Source: Anaerolinea sp. (GTDB lineage: Bacteria > Chloroflexota > Limnocylindria > Limnocylindrales > CSP1-4). From it: a DNA stretch of 64,000 nt. The stretch covers positions 4,557 to 68,556 of the forward strand of contig PNKK01000011.1 of NCBI GenBank assembly GCA_013822395.1. The letters are read 5' to 3'. This document shows, one piece after another, positions 48,106 through 58,422 of the stretch (position 1 is the stretch's first letter; every line of letters begins with the position of its first letter). Position numbers and translations under genes: made by a program. The notes under the pieces were generated by a model. The model was not told the origin of the DNA. It was given only the letters and a program-made list of their open reading frames with translations, and did no database searches.

Positions 48106-49710
48106 TCAGGCCCGGTCGGCCAGTTCGCGAAGGCTGTCGAGGAGACGGTCGATGTCGCTGATCGTGGCCTGGGTGTTCAGGATCCCGGCTCGGAGCCAGG
48201 TCGAGCCCCGCAGCCGCGTGGTGGTGACCCAGCCGTCGCCAGATGCCTCGAGCGCCGCCTGGATCGCGTCCTGGTGAGCGTCGAGCTCGGGGCCGTTCTC
48301 CAAGCCGGACGGCCGATGTCGGAAGCAGACCACGGAGAGCGGCGGCACCGCGGGGAGCGCCTCGAACTCGGGGTCGGAGGCGATCCGGGCCGCCAGGTGG
48401 GCTGCCAGATCGTCGTTCGCCTCGACGAGCCGAGCAAAGCCGGTCGTGCCAATGTGCTTCCAGGAAAGCCACAGCTTGAGCGCCCGCCAGCGGCGGGTGC
48501 CCTCGAAACCGAGCCTCCAGAAGTTCAGCTGGCCGGCCTCGGCGTGGCCGTCGTCGCCGTCGTCCTCGCCGTGCGACGGCATCGGCGCGTGGCCGCTCCG
48601 GTAGTACTCGGGCCGGCGGCTGCCGAACACCGTCTCCAGGTCCGCCCCGCGACGGACCATCAAGCCGCCGATGTCGTAAGCCTGGAAGAACCACTTGTGC
48701 GGGTCCACGGTGACGGAGTGGGCCCGATCCAGGTCCGGCACCCGGCCCGCGTCGCGCGGGGAGAGGCGGGCCGCGGCCCCGTACGCCGCGTCAACGTGGA
48801 GCCAGAGGTCCTCTCGTTCCGCCACGTCGGCCAGCTCGCCGACGGCATCCACCGAGCCGGTGTTCGTGGCGCCCGCGACGGCGGAGATCGCGATCGGGGT
48901 CAGGCCGGCCGCGCGGTCCTCCGCGACCGCCGCCGCGACGTCGGCGCCGCGGAGCCTGAAATCATCGTCGGCGCCCACGAGGACGAGGCATTCCGGCGGG
49001 AAGCCGAGCTCGTCGAGGGCGCGGCCGATCGAGAAATGGGTCTGGTCGGAGGTGTAGACGCGGAGTGACTCGAGGGCGCGGCCGCGGGGCGGCCGGTCCA
49101 GGCCCAGGACCCGGGTCGCGTGCACGTCGCGAGCGAGGGCCATCGCGGTGAAGTTCGCCATGACGCCGCCGGAGGTGAGCAGACCGAAGCTGCCGCGCCC
49201 GTACCCGACGAGGTCACACAGCCAGCGGATGACTTCCTCCTCGACGAACGCAGCTACCGGGCCGGCGTGCCAGACGTCGACCCCCTGCTGCGCGACCTGG
49301 GCCAGGATCTCGCCGAGGACGGACGCCACGAGCGGCGGCGGTGTGAAGTATCCGAACGAACGCGGGTGATAGGCGCTGACGGTATGCGGCGCGATCCGCG
49401 CCCGGAACTCGTCGAGGAGCGCGGGGAGTGGGGTTGGGACCCGTGGTGCCGGTCCCGGCGCTCCGTCGGCACCGAAGTACTGCGCTCGGAGCTCTTCATA
49501 GCCGGCCGGTTCGCCCATGGCGCGGACGAAGGCGTGGTCGTAGAGGTAGTCGAGCGCCGCCTCCCAGGTCGCCGCGCCGGCGTCTCGCAGCGCCTCCCTG
49601 GATACCGCCGCGTCCCGGATCCCGAGGAGCTCGGGCTCCGGGTGCCACGAGAAGGCCTCGAGGAAACCGTCTGGCGCGGGTTCGGGCTCTGGATCGCGAT
49701 GGTTCGACAC
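48106..49710 (-). CDS. group II PLP-dependent amino-acid decarboxylase
   Basis: PLP-lysine context SVTVDPHKWFFQAYDIGGLMV, HVDAAYGAAA and TSGGVMANFTAM. Confidence 0.85.
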   Translation of the reverse strand: MSNHRDPEPEPAPDGFLEAFSWHPEPELLGIRDAAVSREALRDAGAATWEAALDYLYDHAFVRAMGEPAGYEELRAQYFGADGAPGPAPRVPTPLPALLDEFRARIAPHTVSAYHPRSFGYFTPPPLVASVLGEILAQVAQQGVDVWHAGPVAAFVEEEVIRWLCDLVGYGRGSFGLLTSGGVMANFTAMALARDVHATRVLGLDRPPRGRALESLRVYTSDQTHFSIGRALDELGFPPECLVLVGADDDFRLRGADVAAAVAEDRAAGLTPIAISAVAGATNTGSVDAVGELADVAEREDLWLHVDAAYGAAARLSPRDAGRVPDLDRAHSVTVDPHKWFFQAYDIGGLMVRRGADLETVFGSRRPEYYRSGHAPMPSHGEDDGDDGHAEAGQLNFWRLGFEGTRRWRALKLWLSWKHIGTTGFARLVEANDDLAAHLAARIASDPEFEALPAVPPLSVVCFRHRPSGLENGPELDAHQDAIQAALEASGDGWVTTTRLRGSTWLRAGILNTQATISDIDRLLDSLRELADRA

Positions 49711-50090
49711 TCATGCTGATGGTACGGGAGGGGTGAGCTGGCCGGGCCGAGACGGGCACGCCGGCTTGACCTGCGTTCCGCGCCGACCAGCCGGAGGCTG
49801 GCCGGGGATGCGCACGGTGCATGAGATCGGCCGACTCCACGCCCATGGTGTCGAAGTTCAGCCGTCTCGCGCATGGAACGGCACCGTCCATGCCGGGCCG
49901 GCATGAAGCGCGACATCAGGCGTGCGCGGCTGGTCGGTCTGATGCGCAGAGCGCATACGATCCCCCGGCATCGCCACTCCCCAGGCGCCGCCGGGTTGGA
50001 CCCTGCCCGCGACTGGGGCGTGACCGGGCATTCGAGAATCGGCATACTCCGTCGCATCCGCCAAGGGGTGGGCAGTCGAACGGAGGGCGC

Positions 50091-51407
50091 GTGACCGAGC
50101 GGCGGACGATCGTCTTCTTCCCCGAGGGGGCATACGGCCCGACGAACAACTGCGTCGGGATCGGCCAGGTCCTCCAGCGTCGCGGCCACCGTATCGTGTT
50201 CATCGTCGAGGAATCGTTCGCCGGGCGCCTGGAAGCCCAGGGGTTCGAGGAGCGCCTGATGCGCCTCGGCCCGCCGCCGGCGACCGAGGAGGTTCCCGGC
50301 CAGTTCTGGATCGACTTCATCCGGGACACGGCCCCGATCTTCCGGAAGCCGACGATCGAGCAGCTCGGCGAATTCATGGCACCGACCTGGCAGGCGCTCA
50401 TCGACGGCTCGAAGTACGTCGACGACCGGCTCCGCGAGATCATCGACGAGCTCGAGCCGGATCTCCTCGTCGAGGACAACGTCGTCTGCTTCCCGGCCCT
50501 GCCGGCGTCCGGGCGGCCGTGGGTCCGGATCGTCTCGTGCAACCCGGCCGAGCTGAAGGATGCCGCGGTTCCGCCGCTCTCGTCCGGCTACCCGGTCGCG
50601 GACCGGTCCGCCTGGCCGGCTTTCCTCGACGAGGTCGAGCGGACGCATCGGCCGATGTGGGAGGACTTCGACGCCTTCGTCCGGGAGCGCGGCGCCCCGG
50701 GCCTGGCCTGGCGAGAGCACGGCCCCGAGTTCATCCACGAGTCGCCGTGGCTGAATCTGTACTCCTACCCGGCCGAGGCAGACTACGCCCGCGAACATCC
50801 GCTCGGCCCGACGTGGCACCGGCTCGACTCTACGGTCCGCGCGACTGACGAGACATGGGAGCTGCCCGAGCACCTCCGCGGCGATGAGGGTTCGCTCATC
50901 TACCTCTCGCTCGGGAGCCTCGGCTCGGCCGACGTGGCGCTGATGCAGCGGCTCGTCGACGTCATGGGCACGATGCGCCACCGGGTGATCGTGTCGAAAG
51001 GCCCGCTCGAGGACCAGATCCGGCTCCATGACAACATGACCGGGGCCGGGTTCCTGCCGCAGCCGGCGGTCCTGCCGCAGGTGGATCTCGTGATCACCCA
51101 CGGCGGCAACAACACCGTCACCGAGGCGTTCCACCACGGCAAGCCGATGATCGTGCTGCCGCTCTTCTGGGACCAGGTGGACAACGCGCAGCGGGTCGAC
51201 GAGACGGGCTTCGGGGTCCGTCTCTCGACCTATGGATTCCGCGACGAGGAGCTGATCGGCGCCGTGGAGCGGCTGCTCGGCGACACCTCGCTCCGGGCGA
51301 GGATGACGGCCATGTCGGCGCGCATCCGGGGCACATCGGGCACGGCCAGGGCGGCCGAGCTCATCGAGCGGGTCGCGCTGACCGGCCAGTCGGTCGGTGC
51401 GGCGTGA
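50091..51407 (+). CDS. GT1-family (MGT/UGT-like) glycosyltransferase
   Basis: C-terminal nucleotide-sugar motif VITHGGNNTVTEAFHHGKPMIVLPLFWDQVDNA. Confidence 0.8.
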   Translation: MTERRTIVFFPEGAYGPTNNCVGIGQVLQRRGHRIVFIVEESFAGRLEAQGFEERLMRLGPPPATEEVPGQFWIDFIRDTAPIFRKPTIEQLGEFMAPTWQALIDGSKYVDDRLREIIDELEPDLLVEDNVVCFPALPASGRPWVRIVSCNPAELKDAAVPPLSSGYPVADRSAWPAFLDEVERTHRPMWEDFDAFVRERGAPGLAWREHGPEFIHESPWLNLYSYPAEADYAREHPLGPTWHRLDSTVRATDETWELPEHLRGDEGSLIYLSLGSLGSADVALMQRLVDVMGTMRHRVIVSKGPLEDQIRLHDNMTGAGFLPQPAVLPQVDLVITHGGNNTVTEAFHHGKPMIVLPLFWDQVDNAQRVDETGFGVRLSTYGFRDEELIGAVERLLGDTSLRARMTAMSARIRGTSGTARAAELIERVALTGQSVGAA

Positions 51408-51441
51408 CCATTCGAGCGAACGGGCATTGGAGGAGGGATTC

Positions 51442-52533
51442 GTGAACGGACGAAACATCGGCGGAGCCGGGCGTCGCGCGGCGGTGCTCCTGGGCGCCCT
51501 GGCGCTGGTGGTCGGGGCGTGCGGAGCGAGCGCGAGCCCGACCCCGGAGAAGCCCTCGGGCAAGATCGTGGTCTCGAACTGGGACCTCTACTTCCCCGAG
51601 ACCCTCATCTCCGATTTCACGAAGGAGACCGGCGTCGAGGTCGAGTGGGTGAAGCACACCACCAACGAGGACATCATGGGCAAGCTCGATGCCTCGAATG
51701 GCTCGGGCTTCGACATCGTCTTCGTCTCCGCCCAGTTCGCCGAGGCCCTCAACAACCGGGGCTGGGCCGAGAGGCTTGACCGTACGAAGCTGGCCAATAT
51801 TGGCAAGCTGGATCCGCAGGCGGACAAGCTCGGCTACGACCCGGGCAACACGTTCTCGATCCCGTACACGTGGGGCACCACCGGCCTGTGCTACCGCTCC
51901 GACCTCGTGAGCTTCACCCCCGACAGCTGGAACGACCTGCTCGATCCACCGGCCGAGCTGGACAAGAAGATCACGGCGCTCGCGACGGACCGCTGGCTGC
52001 TCCTCCCGGCGCTGAAGGCGCTCGGCTACTCCGCCAACGAGACGGACGAGGCCAAGCTCAACGAGGCGAAGGACCTGCTCATCTCCGCCAAGCAGCGCCT
52101 GCTCGCCTACGACGACACGACCTTCTACTCGAAGCTCGTCTCCGGCGAGGCACTCCTCGTTGAGGCGTGGGACGGCTGGTGCAACTACGGCATCGCCGAG
52201 AACCCGGACATCAAGTTCGTCGTCCCGTCCGAGGGGAGCGACCTGTGGAGCGACACGATGGTCATCCTGAAGTCCTCCACGAACAAGACGGCCGCGTACG
52301 CGTTCATCGACTACATCCTTCGCCCCGCTGTGGCGAAGACCGTGGTCGACCTGACCCTCTACAAGGTCCCGAACCCCGAGGCGATGGCGCTCGTGGACGC
52401 GGAGACGCTCGCCGCGTTCCCGAACCTCGCCATGACCGGCGAGGAGCTCCTGAAGGGCGAGCCGCTCCGCGACCTCGGCGACGCGGCCCCGCTGTGGGCC
52501 AGGATCGTGGCCGAGATCACCGCCGGACAGTAG
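51442..52533 (+). CDS. potD: polyamine-type ABC transporter substrate-binding lipoprotein
   Basis: Lipobox LALVVGAC. PotD/PotF-like pattern (VSNWDLYFP..., IPYTWGTTGLCY). Confidence 0.75.
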   Translation: MNGRNIGGAGRRAAVLLGALALVVGACGASASPTPEKPSGKIVVSNWDLYFPETLISDFTKETGVEVEWVKHTTNEDIMGKLDASNGSGFDIVFVSAQFAEALNNRGWAERLDRTKLANIGKLDPQADKLGYDPGNTFSIPYTWGTTGLCYRSDLVSFTPDSWNDLLDPPAELDKKITALATDRWLLLPALKALGYSANETDEAKLNEAKDLLISAKQRLLAYDDTTFYSKLVSGEALLVEAWDGWCNYGIAENPDIKFVVPSEGSDLWSDTMVILKSSTNKTAAYAFIDYILRPAVAKTVVDLTLYKVPNPEAMALVDAETLAAFPNLAMTGEELLKGEPLRDLGDAAPLWARIVAEITAGQ

Positions 52534-52594
52534 GCAGACCGGGTCCCGGGGGCGCCGGCCAGACGGCCGGCGCCCCCGTCCCGATTCACCGATC

Positions 52595-53440
52595 ATGCGA
52601 CGCCGACTCCTGCTCCTGGGCCCGGCCCTGGGATGGTGGGCCGTCTTCCTGGTCATCCCGGTCTCGCTGGTGATCGCGTACAGCGTCTTTGAGCGCGGCA
52701 CGTACGGCGGCGTCGTCCCGACCCTCACCCTCGACAACTTCGCCCGGGCGGTCGATCCGCTCTACCTGCGGGTCCTGCTCTTCTCGCTCCGCGTCGCGGT
52801 CCTCGCGACCGTCATCGCGCTCCTCATCGGCTACCCGGCCGCATACTTCATCGCGACCCTGCCGCGCCGCTGGCGAACGCCGGTCCTCGTCCTCGTGATC
52901 CTGCCGTTCTGGACCAGCCTGCTGATCCGGACCTATGCCTGGATCGTCCTCCTGAACCGCGAGGGCCTGATCAACCGCGGTCTGGAGGCGCTGGGGCTCG
53001 TCGGTGAGCCGCTGCCACTCCTGTACAACGAGTTCGCGATCGTGCTGGGTCTCGTCTACGGCTACCTGCCGCTGATGATCCTGCCGATCTACTCGTCCAT
53101 CGAGCGGCTCCACCCCGAGCTTCGCGAGGCGTCGTCCGACCTCGGCGCGACGCCGCTCCGGACCTTCGTCCGGGTCACCCTGCCGCTGACGCTGCCCGGG
53201 ATCGCCGCCGGCTGCATCTTCGTGTTCGTCCCGAGCCTCGGGAGCTTCATCGTCCCGGACCTGCTCGGCGGCGGTCTCGCGATCATGGTCGGCAACCTCA
53301 TCCAGGCCCAGTTCCTCAAGGCGCGCGACTGGCCGTTCGGGGCCGTGCTCGCCCTCATCCTCATCGCCCTCATGGGCCTCCTGCTGTTCCTCCAGGCGTG
53401 GCTCCTGGAGCGCGACCGGCGCCAGGCGATCGATGGCTAG
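52595..53440 (+). CDS. potB: ABC transporter permease
   Basis: Six TM segments and an EAA-like loop (EASSDLGATPLRTFVRVTLP). Confidence 0.78.
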   Translation: MRRRLLLLGPALGWWAVFLVIPVSLVIAYSVFERGTYGGVVPTLTLDNFARAVDPLYLRVLLFSLRVAVLATVIALLIGYPAAYFIATLPRRWRTPVLVLVILPFWTSLLIRTYAWIVLLNREGLINRGLEALGLVGEPLPLLYNEFAIVLGLVYGYLPLMILPIYSSIERLHPELREASSDLGATPLRTFVRVTLPLTLPGIAAGCIFVFVPSLGSFIVPDLLGGGLAIMVGNLIQAQFLKARDWPFGAVLALILIALMGLLLFLQAWLLERDRRQAIDG

Positions 53441-54221
53441 GGCGGGCTGGGGCAGGCGGCTGCTCCGGGTCGAGTTCGCGCTCGCGGTCGCCTTCCTCTA
53501 CCTGCCGATCGCGGTCGTCGTCGGGCTGTCGTTCAACGAGTCCGGCCAGCCGACCGCGTGGACTGGCTTCAGCCTGGACTGGTACGGGTCCGTCCTCGGC
53601 AACGAGGACCTCCTCGAGGCCTTCCGGAACACGCTCGTCGTGGGGGTCGTGACGACGATCCTGGCGACGGTCCTCGGGACGCTCCTCGCGATCGGGCTGG
53701 AGCGGGCCATCCACAGTCCGATCCTCGACAGCCTGGTCTACGTGCCAATGATCATCCCGGACATCGTCCTCGCGATCGCCCTGCTCAGCTTCTACAACCT
53801 CGTCTTCGCCGGGCTGCTCAACCTCCAGATGGGCCTGTGGACGGTCATCCTCAGCCACGTCGTGTTCGACGTCGCGTTCGTGGCGATCGTCGTCCGGACG
53901 CGGCTGCGCCACTTCGACCGATCGATCGAGGAAGCGTCGCTCGATCTCGGCGCGGGCGAGGTCCGGACCTTCTTCAACATCACCCTCCCGGTCATCGCGC
54001 CGGGGGTCATTGCTGGCGGGCTCCTCGCGTTCACGCTCTCGTTCGACGAGTTCATCATCGCCTTCTTCACGAAGGGGACCGTGGAGACCTTCCCGACCAA
54101 GGTCTACTCGATGATCCGGTTCGGGGTCACGCCGGAGGTCAACGCCATCGCGACGTTCGTGCTCATGTTCAGCATCACCCTGGTGCTCGTGTCGCAGCGG
54201 CTCCGAGAGGCCGACGCGTGA
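53433..54221 (+). CDS. potC: ABC transporter permease
   Basis: Overlaps potB by 8 nt. EAA loop EEASLDLGAGEVRTFFNITLP. Confidence 0.78.
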   Translation: MARAGWGRRLLRVEFALAVAFLYLPIAVVVGLSFNESGQPTAWTGFSLDWYGSVLGNEDLLEAFRNTLVVGVVTTILATVLGTLLAIGLERAIHSPILDSLVYVPMIIPDIVLAIALLSFYNLVFAGLLNLQMGLWTVILSHVVFDVAFVAIVVRTRLRHFDRSIEEASLDLGAGEVRTFFNITLPVIAPGVIAGGLLAFTLSFDEFIIAFFTKGTVETFPTKVYSMIRFGVTPEVNAIATFVLMFSITLVLVSQRLREADA

Positions 54222-55318
54222 GTCCTATCAGCGGCGGCGAGATCATCCGGATCGACGGCGTCACGAAGCGCTTCGGCGAGGTGACGGCGGTCGACAACGT
54301 GAGCCTGTCGATCCGGGAGAACGAGTTCTTCGCCCTCCTCGGTCCCTCGGGCTGCGGCAAGACCACCCTGCTCCGGATGCTGGCCGGCTTCGAATCGCCC
54401 GATTCCGGGTCGATCACGCTCGACGGCCGGGATCTCATCGGCGTGCCGCCCTACCGGCGACCGCTGAACCTGATGTTCCAGTCGTACGCGCTCTTCCCGC
54501 ACATGCGGGTCTTCGACAACGTGGCCTACGGGCTCCGGATGGAACGGGTTGCCGGCCCGGAAGTCCAGCGTCGCGTCGACGAGGCCCTCGCCCTGGTCCG
54601 CCTCGAGGGGTTCGGGCGGCGCCGGCCGCATCAACTCTCCGGCGGGCAGCGCCAGCGGGTGGCGCTCGCGCGGGCTCTCGTGAAGCATCCGCGGGTCCTG
54701 CTCCTCGACGAGCCGCTGGCCGCCCTCGACCGTCAGATCCGGATCGAGATGCAGGTGGAGTTGAAACGCCTCCAGCATGCCGTCGGGATCACCTTCGTCG
54801 TGGTGACCCATGATCACGAGGAGGCGCTCGCGCTCGCCGATCGGGTGACCGTCATGCGCTCGGGCCACGTCCTCCAGGTCGGCCCGGCGGACGAGCTCTG
54901 GGAGCGGCCCCGGACGCGGGCCGTGGCCACGGCCCTCGGGGAGGCGAACGTCCTGCGCGGGACGATCCGACTCGGGGTGTCGGCCGGGTCCGCCGCCCTC
55001 CGTGTCGGCGACCGCAACCTGCCGGTGGATGCCCTGACGGTCGCCTCGCTCGGCCTCGGGGACGGGGCGCCGGCGGCGCTCGTGATCCGGCCTGAACGGA
55101 CACGGATCCGACCCGTGGGCGTCGGAGGGGCGAGCGTGACCGGCCGGATCGCCGAGACGATCTACCTCGGCGGGAGCCGCAAGGTGGTCGTCGACGTCGC
55201 GGACGGGCCGTCGATCGTCGCCCGTGTCGAGGCCGGGACGATGGGCGCCCTCGCCCCGGGGGACGCGGTCGCCGTCGGCTGGGAGGTCGGCGACGGGATC
55301 CTCGTCCTCGACGACTGA
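54218..55318 (+). CDS. potA: ABC transporter ATP-binding protein
   Basis: Walker A GPSGCGKTT, signature LSGGQRQRVA, Walker B LLLDEP. The GTG overlaps the potC stop. Confidence 0.82.
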   Translation: MSPISGGEIIRIDGVTKRFGEVTAVDNVSLSIRENEFFALLGPSGCGKTTLLRMLAGFESPDSGSITLDGRDLIGVPPYRRPLNLMFQSYALFPHMRVFDNVAYGLRMERVAGPEVQRRVDEALALVRLEGFGRRRPHQLSGGQRQRVALARALVKHPRVLLLDEPLAALDRQIRIEMQVELKRLQHAVGITFVVVTHDHEEALALADRVTVMRSGHVLQVGPADELWERPRTRAVATALGEANVLRGTIRLGVSAGSAALRVGDRNLPVDALTVASLGLGDGAPAALVIRPERTRIRPVGVGGASVTGRIAETIYLGGSRKVVVDVADGPSIVARVEAGTMGALAPGDAVAVGWEVGDGILVLDD

Positions 55319-55319
55319 G

Positions 55320-56780
55320 GTGGCGACGGGCAGCGGCGCGCGCCTCGCCGGGCTCGAGGCCCGGGCCCGCGCCGCCGTCGCGGCGGTCCCGCTCGGCGTG
55401 ATCGCGGCCGCGCGATGGTCCGGCCTCGGCGGACGGTCGCTCCGGTCGGTCGAGCTCCTGGACGTCTTCGGGTTCGACGACGACGGCGCGCTGGCGGTGA
55501 TCGAGGCCCTCCCGGCCGGCGCGCCCGGGCCGGCCGGCTCGGGCGGCTCGGCCGGAGAGGGCACGGCCGTGTGGCTGACGCTCCCCCTCGAGAACGGCGA
55601 CCCCTGGCGCGGTCTCCACGTGCTCGCGAGTCAAGGTGGGACTGTGGCAGGCGCCCTGGGCGGCCGGCTCGTCGGCCGTCCGGGACAGGATCGAGGCGGG
55701 CGGCGTCTCGGGGCGGCTGCCGAGGACGGGTCGACGCCGGCCGTGGCCGTGCGCCCGGCCACCGGTGACCAGTCGCACACGAGCGTGATCGTCGACGAGC
55801 GCTCGATCCTCAAGCTCTACCGGCGCCTGACCCCCGGAGCGAACCCCGAGGCGGAGGTGCTCGGGGCGCTGGCCGGGGTCGAGGATGCCCCGGTGCCGGC
55901 CTGGGGCGGGGCGGTGGATCTCGTGCTCGCGGATGGTGAGACCACGGCCCTCGCGATCGAGCAGGCGTTCATCCCCGGCGCCGACGATGCGTTCGAGCTC
56001 CACGCCGAGGGCCTGGCGGCGTGGCTCGCCGCCGAGGGGGACCCCGTCCCCACGACCGTGGCCGCCGCAACCGGCGTCGCCATCGGCCGGCTCCACGCGG
56101 CGCTCGAGAGCGTCGGGGGGTCCGCGTTCGCGCCGCGCCCCGCGGACCCGGGCGATCGGGCGACCTGGCTCGCCGCCGCCGAGGCGCACCTCGGCGCCGC
56201 CGTTGCCGCCGTCGAGGCGGTCGACCTCGAGCTTGCCGGCCGGATCGTCCGGTCCGGCCACGCCATCCGGCGCGCGCTCCGGCCCCTCGGTGACCCGGCG
56301 ATCCCTGTCCGGCTGCAGCGGATCCACGGCGACCTGCACCTCGGCCAGGTGCTCCCGACGCCAGATGGGGTCCTGCTCGTGGACTTCGAGGGCGATCCGA
56401 CGCTCGATCCCGCCGCCCGGCGGGGCCTCGGGGCGCCGCTCGCCGACCTGGCCGGCTTCCTGCGGTCGCTCGACCACGTCGCCCGGAGTGGGTTCCGGCG
56501 CGCCGGCATCCGCCTGGGCGGTCGACCCGGACCGGGAGCGGTCGCCGCGCTCGACCGCTGGATCGAGTCCGCGCGCGAGGCCTGCCTCGAGGGCTACGCG
56601 GCGGGCCTCGGCCGCCCGGCTTTGACGCCCAACCGCGCCCTGTTGCGCGCGTTCGAAGTCGACAAGGAGCTCCGCGAGCTCATCTACGCGGCGACGTTCC
56701 TGCCGGCCTGGCTGTACGCCCCGGCGGGCGGGCTGCCCAGGCTCCTCGGTGCGATCGGCGAGCCTGAGGTGTGGGCATGA
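55320..56780 (+). CDS. maltokinase (Mak/Pep2)-like phosphotransferase
   Basis: GDQSHTSVIVDERSILKLYRRLTPGANPEAEV and IHGDLHLGQVL...LVDFEG resemble Pep2/APH-fold kinases. Confidence 0.65.
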   Translation: MATGSGARLAGLEARARAAVAAVPLGVIAAARWSGLGGRSLRSVELLDVFGFDDDGALAVIEALPAGAPGPAGSGGSAGEGTAVWLTLPLENGDPWRGLHVLASQGGTVAGALGGRLVGRPGQDRGGRRLGAAAEDGSTPAVAVRPATGDQSHTSVIVDERSILKLYRRLTPGANPEAEVLGALAGVEDAPVPAWGGAVDLVLADGETTALAIEQAFIPGADDAFELHAEGLAAWLAAEGDPVPTTVAAATGVAIGRLHAALESVGGSAFAPRPADPGDRATWLAAAEAHLGAAVAAVEAVDLELAGRIVRSGHAIRRALRPLGDPAIPVRLQRIHGDLHLGQVLPTPDGVLLVDFEGDPTLDPAARRGLGAPLADLAGFLRSLDHVARSGFRRAGIRLGGRPGPGAVAALDRWIESAREACLEGYAAGLGRPALTPNRALLRAFEVDKELRELIYAATFLPAWLYAPAGGLPRLLGAIGEPEVWA

Positions 56781-57766
56781 TCGACCGTGCGACGCTCCTC
56801 GTCGCGGACCTCGAGCGGGTCCCGGCGGTCCTTCGCAGGCATGCTGCCGCCGGGTCCGCGGACCTCGGGTGGGGCGGGCGTGACGATCTTTCTTGGCCGC
56901 CGCGGCGCATCGTCCTGACCGGACTCGGCAGCTCCCGGTTCGCGGCCCTTTCGGTGGCGCCGGTCCTCCGCGACGCCGGGCTCGAGGTGGTCGTCGAGCA
57001 CGCCTCCTCGTCAAGGCCGGCGCCGGCGGGGGCCGGGACGCTCGTCGTCGCGATCTCGAGCTCGGGAAGCACGCCCGAGACGGTCGCGGCCGCGCACCGC
57101 GCCCGGACCGCCGGCGCAACCGTCCTCGCGGTCACGAACCGGCCCGAGAGCGAGCTCGCCCGGGCGGCGACCCGAACCGTGGAGCTCACGGCGGGCGACG
57201 AGGCGAGCGGGGTCGCGTCGGCGACCTATGCCGCGACGGTCGCCGTCCTCGTCCGGGTGGCGCAATCCCTCGGGGCCGAGGTCGACGCCCCGCGGGTCCT
57301 GGCCCTCGCGGCGGATGCTGGCGAGGCGGTCTTCGCCGGCCATACCGCGTGGCTCGCGGCCGCCGCCGACCTCCTCGATGGCGGCGTAGCGGTCCACGTC
57401 CTCGCCGACGCCGCGGCGCTCGGGACGGCGGAGCAGGCCGCGCTCCTGCTCCGCGAGGGCCCTCGCCTCGACGCCGATGCCACGGACGCCGGCGACTGGC
57501 TCCACGTGGGGATCTACACCGCCCTGCCGGACTACCGCGCCATCCTGCTGGCCGGGACGCCGTATGACAGCGCGCTCGTCGAGACGATCCACGGCCGGGG
57601 CGGCCGGGTCCTTGCCATCGGCGAGCCGGTGCCGGATGCCGACCTTGCGGTGCTGCTCCCAGACGGCGCCCTGGGCGATGCGCTTGCCCGCGCCCTCGTC
57701 GAGCCGCTCGTCACGTCGATCCTCGCCGCCGAGCTGTGGCGCCGAGCGAGGGCCATCGACCGCTGA
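56777..57766 (+). CDS. SIS-domain sugar isomerase/aminotransferase-like protein
   Basis: TGLGSSRFAA...VVAISSSGSTPETV...TVLAVTN. ATGA overlap with the upstream gene. Confidence 0.7.
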   Translation: MIDRATLLVADLERVPAVLRRHAAAGSADLGWGGRDDLSWPPRRIVLTGLGSSRFAALSVAPVLRDAGLEVVVEHASSSRPAPAGAGTLVVAISSSGSTPETVAAAHRARTAGATVLAVTNRPESELARAATRTVELTAGDEASGVASATYAATVAVLVRVAQSLGAEVDAPRVLALAADAGEAVFAGHTAWLAAAADLLDGGVAVHVLADAAALGTAEQAALLLREGPRLDADATDAGDWLHVGIYTALPDYRAILLAGTPYDSALVETIHGRGGRVLAIGEPVPDADLAVLLPDGALGDALARALVEPLVTSILAAELWRRARAIDR

Positions 57767-57884
57767 CGGCCCCGCCCGCCAACGGTCCGGGTCGTCAGGC
57801 GACCCCATCGCCGACGGCCCCCATCGGACAGCCCGACCGCACCGACCGCCCGGATCCAGCCCCCGCGCCGGTACCATTCGGGCC

Positions 57885-58367
57885 GTGACCGATCCAGCCC
57901 GTCGGACCGGCGTCCGCGACGTGGAGTACAAGGGTGCCCCGCTCGATTCCGAGAAGGGTCCGGGCCTCGGCTGCTTCTGGACCCAGATCGTCGTCCTCGT
58001 GGTCCTGCTCGCCCTCACGCCGCTGAGCGTGGCCTGGGGCTGGCCGTTCTGGACGAGCGCCGCTCTCCTGATCTCGGTTCTGCTCCTCCTCCTCGTTGCC
58101 GGGCAGACGGTGATCTTCCTGCTTCGCCTCGTGGCGGCGGACCGCAGGGCCGCCGGCCGCCGCCGCCCGTTGGCCTCGAGCACCCCGACTGTCGGTGAGC
58201 TGGAGGACCGGGGAGCCGACGCCGTCGCCCCGGCCGCCGTCGCCCCGGCCGCCGTCGCCCCGGCCGCCGTCGCCCCGGCCGCCGTCGCCCCGGCCGCCGT
58301 CGCCCCGGCCGCCGTCGCCCCGGCCGACGATCCGCCCGGGACGCCGGGCGGCGTCGTGCGAGAATAG
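57885..58367 (+). CDS. two-TM membrane protein with C-terminal (VAPAA)x7 repeat
   Basis: TM helices FWTQIVVLVVLLALTPLSVAW and AALLISVLLLLLVAGQTVIFLL, followed by a perfect pentapeptide repeat. Confidence 0.6.
   Translation: MTDPARRTGVRDVEYKGAPLDSEKGPGLGCFWTQIVVLVVLLALTPLSVAWGWPFWTSAALLISVLLLLLVAGQTVIFLLRLVAADRRAAGRRRPLASSTPTVGELEDRGADAVAPAAVAPAAVAPAAVAPAAVAPAAVAPAAVAPADDPPGTPGGVVRE
58221..58325 (+). repeat. 15-nt perfect tandem repeat, 7 copies (gccgtcgccccggcc)
   Basis: Read directly from the sequence. In frame. Confidence 0.95.
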
Positions 58368-58422
58368 CCACCGGCGCCGCGCCGTTGGCCGCCAACCCCG
58401 ATCCCTGGAGGTTCCGCGCTCC

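Noticed and set aside
54852-57119. 755-aa minus-strand ORF, plus similar giants at 58015..60675, 42815..44611, 49254..51563 and 31772..33478.
   Set aside because: The composition is Arg/Pro/Gly/Ala-dominated with no motifs. Each lies exactly antisense to well-supported genes (potA/mak/SIS, pyrK/pyrD, pyrB/pyrC, GT/decarboxylase, trpB). These are typical shadow ORFs of a ~70% GC genome.
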